The translations under genes were made by a program, and so were the position numbers. 60,596 bases of DNA from Patescibacteria group bacterium (GTDB lineage: Bacteria; Patescibacteriota; Patescibacteriia; Patescibacteriales; UBA12465): contig JBAZKO010000003.1 in assembly GCA_041650775.1 (NCBI GenBank), forward strand, positions 1 through 60,596. Reading direction: 5' to 3'. The notes under the pieces were generated by a model. The model saw only the letters and a list, made by a program, of their open reading frames with translations, made no database searches and had not been told where the DNA came from. Below are positions 56,076 to 60,596 of the stretch, one piece after another (the first letter of the stretch is position 1; each line of letters starts with the position of its first letter).

Positions 56076-56191
56076 ATTATTTTATATTATTTCTGTTTCT
56101 ATTTTACCATATCCGCTTTTTATGGTCAATGAAAATTATTGGCGAAAAATAATTAGCGTAGACAATCTCCGGCTGGCGTCAGCGATTGGCT

Positions 56192-56764
56192 TTATATATT
56201 CTCGTAAATATCCAGAATCAAAGCATCCAGCTTTTCGGCCATTGTTTCCTTCTCCTTCACCGGCATCGAATTATAAATCTCGTGACTGAGACCGTCGGTT
56301 ATTTTTTGATAACGGGCTTTCCATTCGCCGGCGCGAGGATGGTCGGAAACCATATTATCGAGAAACATACCCAACTCGCTCGCTCGGGTAAAATAGTTGT
56401 TGCTTAAAGCCCGCACCACTTCTCCCTGACCGGCTTTAATCATTTCTTCCTCCTTACCCCGAACCTCTTGGCGCCACTTATCATAGTCCGCGCTTTCCAA
56501 CACTTTTCCTTTACTGTCTAAAACCAACAATTTAGGCGCGTTAGCCAGTTCCCGGATAAGCTCTTTTAAATCTCCCCTTTCTTTTTCATCCTTCGGAATA
56601 ATCTGCCTGTCTTCTAAAATCACTTCGTGCCCGCCAATTAAAAACTTCTCCGGTTCCTTTTTTAGTTTTTCTCCCGATTCGGACTTTTCCACAGTCATTT
56701 CGGCGACCGGTTTTTCTCCCTTATTTATGTTCAAAAAAGATAAAAATCCCTTATTTTCTGACAT
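56192..56764 (-). CDS. Hypothetical charged protein
   Basis: 190-aa ORF; no recognisable motif. Confidence 0.7.
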   Translation of the reverse strand: MSENKGFLSFLNINKGEKPVAEMTVEKSESGEKLKKEPEKFLIGGHEVILEDRQIIPKDEKERGDLKELIRELANAPKLLVLDSKGKVLESADYDKWRQEVRGKEEEMIKAGQGEVVRALSNNYFTRASELGMFLDNMVSDHPRAGEWKARYQKITDGLSHEIYNSMPVKEKETMAEKLDALILDIYENI

Positions 56765-56861
56765 ATTGATTTTTTTTATTATTTATAGTATAAATTATAG
56801 TTAAAACAACAAGAAAAGTAAACATGAGCGAAATCGACAAGTCCTTTAAAATAAGAAGCTA

Positions 56862-57377
56862 ATGAACAAAAACAAAGATAAACTTGAAAAAAAACTGGAT
56901 GAGCTGGAATTAACGACGGAGATTATTAAAAAATTTTCTTTTTATGATCCCGCCAGTCTCGCTCAGCTGATTCGGGACGATCTCATCCCCGGACTGAAAA
57001 ACGAGAATTTAAATCTCGTGGAGATACTTGAGGACGACATCGTGCCTAAATTTAAAAACAATTTTTTAGACCTGGTTATAATGATTCGTGATTATTTGAT
57101 TCCCGAACTGATAAAGGCTAAAAATTTGATAAGGACCAAACCGATTCGTGGCTTCAACTTAAGATGCGAAATAGTCCTGATCCAGAAAAGCATTAATAAG
57201 ATGAAACAGCTTAACACCGATTTAATGCTGAAAAACAGTCCTGACGATCAGGAAGAATTAAAGTTGAAGATAGTCGGCAGTACCGAAGAACAGACGGCCC
57301 TCATGAGAAAAATCGCCCAATCCGAAAAAGCCATGGAAGCGATTTGCCGCTATTCGCCAAGCTACTGTCCGAATTAA
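56862..57377 (+). CDS. Hypothetical helical protein
   Basis: 171-aa ORF with three imperfect IRDDLIP/LEDDIVP/IRDYLIP repeats; followed by a terminator. Confidence 0.7.
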   Translation: MNKNKDKLEKKLDELELTTEIIKKFSFYDPASLAQLIRDDLIPGLKNENLNLVEILEDDIVPKFKNNFLDLVIMIRDYLIPELIKAKNLIRTKPIRGFNLRCEIVLIQKSINKMKQLNTDLMLKNSPDDQEELKLKIVGSTEEQTALMRKIAQSEKAMEAICRYSPSYCPN

Positions 57378-57409
57378 AACCCTTTTGCCATCAAACACAA
57401 AAGGGTTTT
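57376..57409 (+). terminator. Intrinsic terminator
   Basis: AAAACCCTTTTG-N10-CAAAAGGGTTTT. Confidence 0.8.
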
Positions 57410-57464
57410 TTATTTTTCCAATATTTGCTAAATGTCCCGAATCTTTTTATAATAACTAAACAAT

Positions 57465-57968
57465 ATGCAAGTCCCCATCAGAAAATCCGAACAACACAAT
57501 AAAAGAACAAAACTTGATCCTTATATGACCGAGGAAAAGTTTGTCGAACTCAAAAATAAGCTGGCCAGACTGAAAAATTTTCGCCGGCCGCAGGAAGCGG
57601 CCGAAGTAAAAAGATTGGCGGAGATGGGCGACTTTTCCGAGAACACCGGTTATCAGTTAGCCAAAGGGCGTTTAAGAGGCATAAACCAAAGAATAATAGA
57701 GCTAGAAGAACATCTGAACCGGGCGGAAATAATCAAACCGACGAAAAATACGGAAACGGTCGCGCTCGGAAGCCGCGTGACCGTCAAAAACGCCAGTCGG
57801 GAAAAAACTTATTTAGTTCTCGGCTCGGCGGAAACTGATCCGGCGGCCGGAATCATCTCACATAATTCCCCGCTCGGCGCCGCTTTGATCGGCCGGCACA
57901 CCGGCGACAAAATCAAAATACAACTGGCGGATAAAGAAACCGAGTTTGAAATAATCAAAATAGAATAG
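57465..57968 (+). CDS. Second GreA/GreB-family factor
   Basis: GDFSENTGY tip and ISHNSPLGAAL motifs; promoter TTGCTA-N17-TATAAT at 57425-57453. Confidence 0.9.
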   Translation: MQVPIRKSEQHNKRTKLDPYMTEEKFVELKNKLARLKNFRRPQEAAEVKRLAEMGDFSENTGYQLAKGRLRGINQRIIELEEHLNRAEIIKPTKNTETVALGSRVTVKNASREKTYLVLGSAETDPAAGIISHNSPLGAALIGRHTGDKIKIQLADKETEFEIIKIE

Positions 57969-57998
57969 AATTACTTGGCTTTAAGCATCACCCTCAAA

Positions 57999-59198
57999 CT
58001 ACTTAGTCCTCAGACTATTTATCTCTGCGACAAAATTCCGGCCGTCCGGCGTAGCGCATTGCGGCGGATTAGATTTCCTTATGGAAAAACCGGCCGCCAC
58101 GCAGTCGTCAAAATTCATAATTTGATTCAATAACCGTTCGCATTCATCCCGGCTGGCCAAATCGCTCTTCGGCAAACATTCAGCGAGTAAAGCCGCAACA
58201 TTTTTTTGGTCCGGCCGCGATAAATCCCATTCCATACTTCTAATCATGCGATCGGCCACGCCGTCGGGGTCGAACGTTTCCCGTTCTTTATCGCAGGCCG
58301 TCTTTTGCGGGTCATCATAATTGCCACATTGGACGGAACGAAGACTGAAAGAAAGAGCGACCGTCTGATTTTCTTTAGCGAACGCGTAAGTATAATCCGT
58401 GTAAATACTGCCAGCCGCGCCTTCGCTTGCTTTCGTCAAGCAGTATTCCCTATTATCCACCAGCCGTTTCGCGGTTATCCCGCCCGAAATTATTTCCGAA
58501 CCGGTTTCGACGCAAACAAATTTTTTATCAATAACCTTAACTTGCGGCGGCCAGTTGACGACATGAATATACTCCGTCAGCAATTTTTCCGGATAGCGGA
58601 AAGAAACCCCAGCTTTATCGTCAACCGCGGTTTTCCAGAGTTCATTACCGGTTTCTTCCAAACCGGTTTTCTCAGGATAAATGCCAGTCTCCGGCGTATA
58701 AATCACTTGTTCCGGACCGCTAAGCGACAGCCGCCAAATCGAGTAATTAAGATAGCCGGCGAAACTTACCCAGAGAATATACGGCAGTAACAGCCAAGCC
58801 GCCGGTTTGGAAATTCGGGCAAAGATGATTATGGCGGCGAGGATAGCCGACCAAAGAAGAATAATCTCCAGGAACGCGCCGCCCGGATTATGCCAGCCGA
58901 AAAAAATAATCGACCAGAGCGTATTCAACGCCAGCTGACCGACAAAAACGCCGAGGGCGATCTTTACGTCCCGGCGATCTAAGCCTCTTCTCCAGATTAA
59001 AAACGCCGCGATACCCATCAAGGCGAACAGCGTTGTCCAAACCGGCGCAAAAATCCAGGCCGGCGGATTAAGAGACGGCTTAGCCAAAGTCGGATACCAG
59101 GTCGAAACAGCCGGAATTGTAAAGAGCGAACCGATGATGCCAGCCAATTCAGAAACAGCAACGGTGATGATTAATTTTAAAACATTCTTGCTCTGCAT
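57999..59198 (-). CDS. tspO: TspO/MBR-family protein fused to a Cys-containing extracellular domain
   Basis: WYPTLAKPSLNPPAWIFAPVWT and LLLPYILWVSFA, followed by ~240 aa of soluble sequence ending FDDCVAAG..IRKSNPPQC.TPDG. Confidence 0.85.
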   Translation of the reverse strand: MQSKNVLKLIITVAVSELAGIIGSLFTIPAVSTWYPTLAKPSLNPPAWIFAPVWTTLFALMGIAAFLIWRRGLDRRDVKIALGVFVGQLALNTLWSIIFFGWHNPGGAFLEIILLWSAILAAIIIFARISKPAAWLLLPYILWVSFAGYLNYSIWRLSLSGPEQVIYTPETGIYPEKTGLEETGNELWKTAVDDKAGVSFRYPEKLLTEYIHVVNWPPQVKVIDKKFVCVETGSEIISGGITAKRLVDNREYCLTKASEGAAGSIYTDYTYAFAKENQTVALSFSLRSVQCGNYDDPQKTACDKERETFDPDGVADRMIRSMEWDLSRPDQKNVAALLAECLPKSDLASRDECERLLNQIMNFDDCVAAGFSIRKSNPPQCATPDGRNFVAEINSLRTK

Positions 59199-59202
59199 AT
59201 TT

Positions 59203-59556
59203 TTATTTTTTAATTCTGTCAGTCCTTTTTTGCGCCCAGCTTAAAAAGAAAAGAAAACCGACAACGATAGCCGGACCGGATATAGCGGCATACCAGCTCC
59301 AGTGACGGTCCAGACCAACCATTAAAACATAGCCCAGAGCGAAGACCGGGAACATAATCATCCCGATAAGATCATATTTCCAGGCGACGATGACGAAGGT
59401 CAGAAGGATAAACATGGGTAGAAGATGAATGAGAAGCGCCGGGATAACCGCCCAGCCGCCGTATTCCCCAAAAACATCCAGCGCGAACAGCGACAGGAAT
59501 AAAATAAAAGCCAGACTTAAAATTCGCGGCAACCAATAAATAATTTTTTTAGTCAT
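59203..59556 (-). CDS. Small four-TM membrane protein
   Basis: Hydrophobic 117-aa ORF (WLPRILS..F..F.SLFALDVF, HLLP). Confidence 0.75.
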   Translation of the reverse strand: MTKKIIYWLPRILSLAFILFLSLFALDVFGEYGGWAVIPALLIHLLPMFILLTFVIVAWKYDLIGMIMFPVFALGYVLMVGLDRHWSWYAAISGPAIVVGFLFFLSWAQKRTDRIKK

Positions 59557-59583
59557 AAATATTTTATTATTTTAAAAATAAAA

Positions 59584-60318
59584 CTATTTTGTCAGTTCAA
59601 CCATCAAGCTTTCCAAGGCGATGCCCATGTACTGTTCCTTACTTATCTTTTTATTCTCATGTAGAATACGGACTTTAAAGCCCGCCCCCGTTATCTTGCT
59701 CAAATAATCTTCTTTCAATAAAGCCCCAGCGACGCAACCCGATAAAAGATCTTTATTATTCTTCTGTTTCTCAGTCAGTTCCGCCAACAAGACGATATCC
59801 GAAAGATAAATTCGGCCGCCCGGTTTCAGAACCCGATAAGCTTCGCTAAAAGTTTTCGCCTTATCGGGAGTGAGGTTGATGACGCAATTGGTGATTATCG
59901 TATCAACCGAATTATCCGCCAGCGGCAGATTCTCTATTTGCCCCAATAAAAATTCGGCGTTGGTTATTCCCTGCCTCGCGGCGTTATTCTTCGCCCGCGC
60001 CACCATTTCTTCGGTCATATCCACGCCGATAACTTTACCCTTGGCACCGACCTTCCTGGCCGCCAAAATCGCGTCTATTCCCGCTCCGGCGCCTAGATCC
60101 AAGACAATATCGCCCTCTTTTATCTTTCCGAAAGCCAGAGGATTGCCGCACCCCAAGCCCAGATTCGCTTCCCCGACTAATTTCAATTCTTCCTCGGAGT
60201 ACCCGATATTTTTGGAAATATCCTTGGCGCCGCTACAGCCGCAACCGCAAGACGAACCTTTAAGCGCTATTTCCCGATATTTGTCTTTAACGATTTCTAT
60301 AATTTTGGATTTTTGCAT
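59584..60318 (-). CDS. arsM: Arsenite methyltransferase (class I SAM-dependent)
   Basis: [30 protein letters not shown] and GCVAGA motifs. Start taken at ATG 60318. Confidence 0.88.
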   Translation of the reverse strand: MQKSKIIEIVKDKYREIALKGSSCGCGCSGAKDISKNIGYSEEELKLVGEANLGLGCGNPLAFGKIKEGDIVLDLGAGAGIDAILAARKVGAKGKVIGVDMTEEMVARAKNNAARQGITNAEFLLGQIENLPLADNSVDTIITNCVINLTPDKAKTFSEAYRVLKPGGRIYLSDIVLLAELTEKQKNNKDLLSGCVAGALLKEDYLSKITGAGFKVRILHENKKISKEQYMGIALESLMVELTK

Positions 60319-60341
60319 ATATTTTCTTTCCTTAAGACAGT

Positions 60342-60596
60342 TTACTTTTTCTCGCAAGTTCCGCCTAAAGTTTCATCACAGACGAATTTTTCAGCGGCGC
60401 CGCATTTTGCCCAACAAGCTTCATTACAACTGTTTGGCGTGTCGGCCGGACAATTTTTATAGTCAGCGCCACAGGTACCGCCGGAAATTTCACATTTAAA
60501 TACCTGGCCAGGCGCGCACGCCCAGCATTGGCCGTTGCAACTGTGAGGCGCGGTCGCCGGACAATTACTGGCATCAGCACCGCAACTGCCGCCGGA
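60342..60596 (-). CDS. 3' end of a Cys-rich repeat protein (5' end outside window)
   Basis: Frame open from the window edge: [84 protein letters not shown]. Confidence 0.8.
   Translation of the reverse strand, partial: SGGSCGADASNCPATAPHSCNGQCWACAPGQVFKCEISGGTCGADYKNCPADTPNSCNEACWAKCGAAEKFVCDETLGGTCEKK

Noticed and set aside
60365-60580. ORF-track 71-aa protein MLMPVIVRR...
   Set aside because: Wrong frame; the overlapping frame open to the window edge encodes a coherent Cys-repeat protein ending at 60342.
1-60596. CRISPR array, cas genes, rRNA, IS transposases, reverse transcriptase/DGR
   Set aside because: No regularly spaced repeat-spacer pattern and no recognisable motifs for these in any ORF.
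1-60596. Alternative genetic code (UGA=Gly, code 25)
   Set aside because: Long genes are intact under code 11, and plausible genes such as rep (1034) and the HTH (43640) end in TGA.

Overview
About 60.6 kb of bacterial chromosome. Gene content (compact housekeeping genes, DhnA-type aldolase, malic enzyme, large Thr/Ser-rich surface proteins, O-antigen-ligase-like proteins, lineage-typical hypotheticals) suggests a Patescibacteria/CPR (Parcubacteria-like) genome. That assignment is inference. TGA is used as a stop, so genetic code 11. Most genes are on the minus strand. Positions 1-2712 are the right end of an AT-rich integrative element (HUH rolling-circle Rep plus large serine recombinase) inserted at the 3' end of tRNA-Gln(CTG). 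The core region has lysS, greA, rpmE, prfA, prmC, rplY, rodA, dnaE, parAB, mnmA, typA, hup, a cold-shock gene, tRNA-Leu(CAA) and RNase P RNA. Two undecaprenyl-linked glycan clusters, a 1208-aa S-layer-like protein and a 1292-aa permuted NlpC/P60-LTD-LamG surface protein are also present. Most notable unexplained signals: (1) a tandem ATP-grasp / GNAT / SET operon directly upstream of the HU gene; (2) a minus-strand ~145-nt structured RNA with an anti-Shine-Dalgarno loop between rpmE and prfA; (3) a ~175-nt promoter-to-terminator transcript with 11 UAG triplets and an 89-nt C-free stretch between dnaE and parB; (4) a ~480-nt multibranched leader on the S-layer-like gene, downstream of an ECF sigma/anti-sigma pair; (5) twin 26-bp palindromic operators in front of a small HTH gene. 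All annotation is by eye from motifs; no database searches or folding programs were run.
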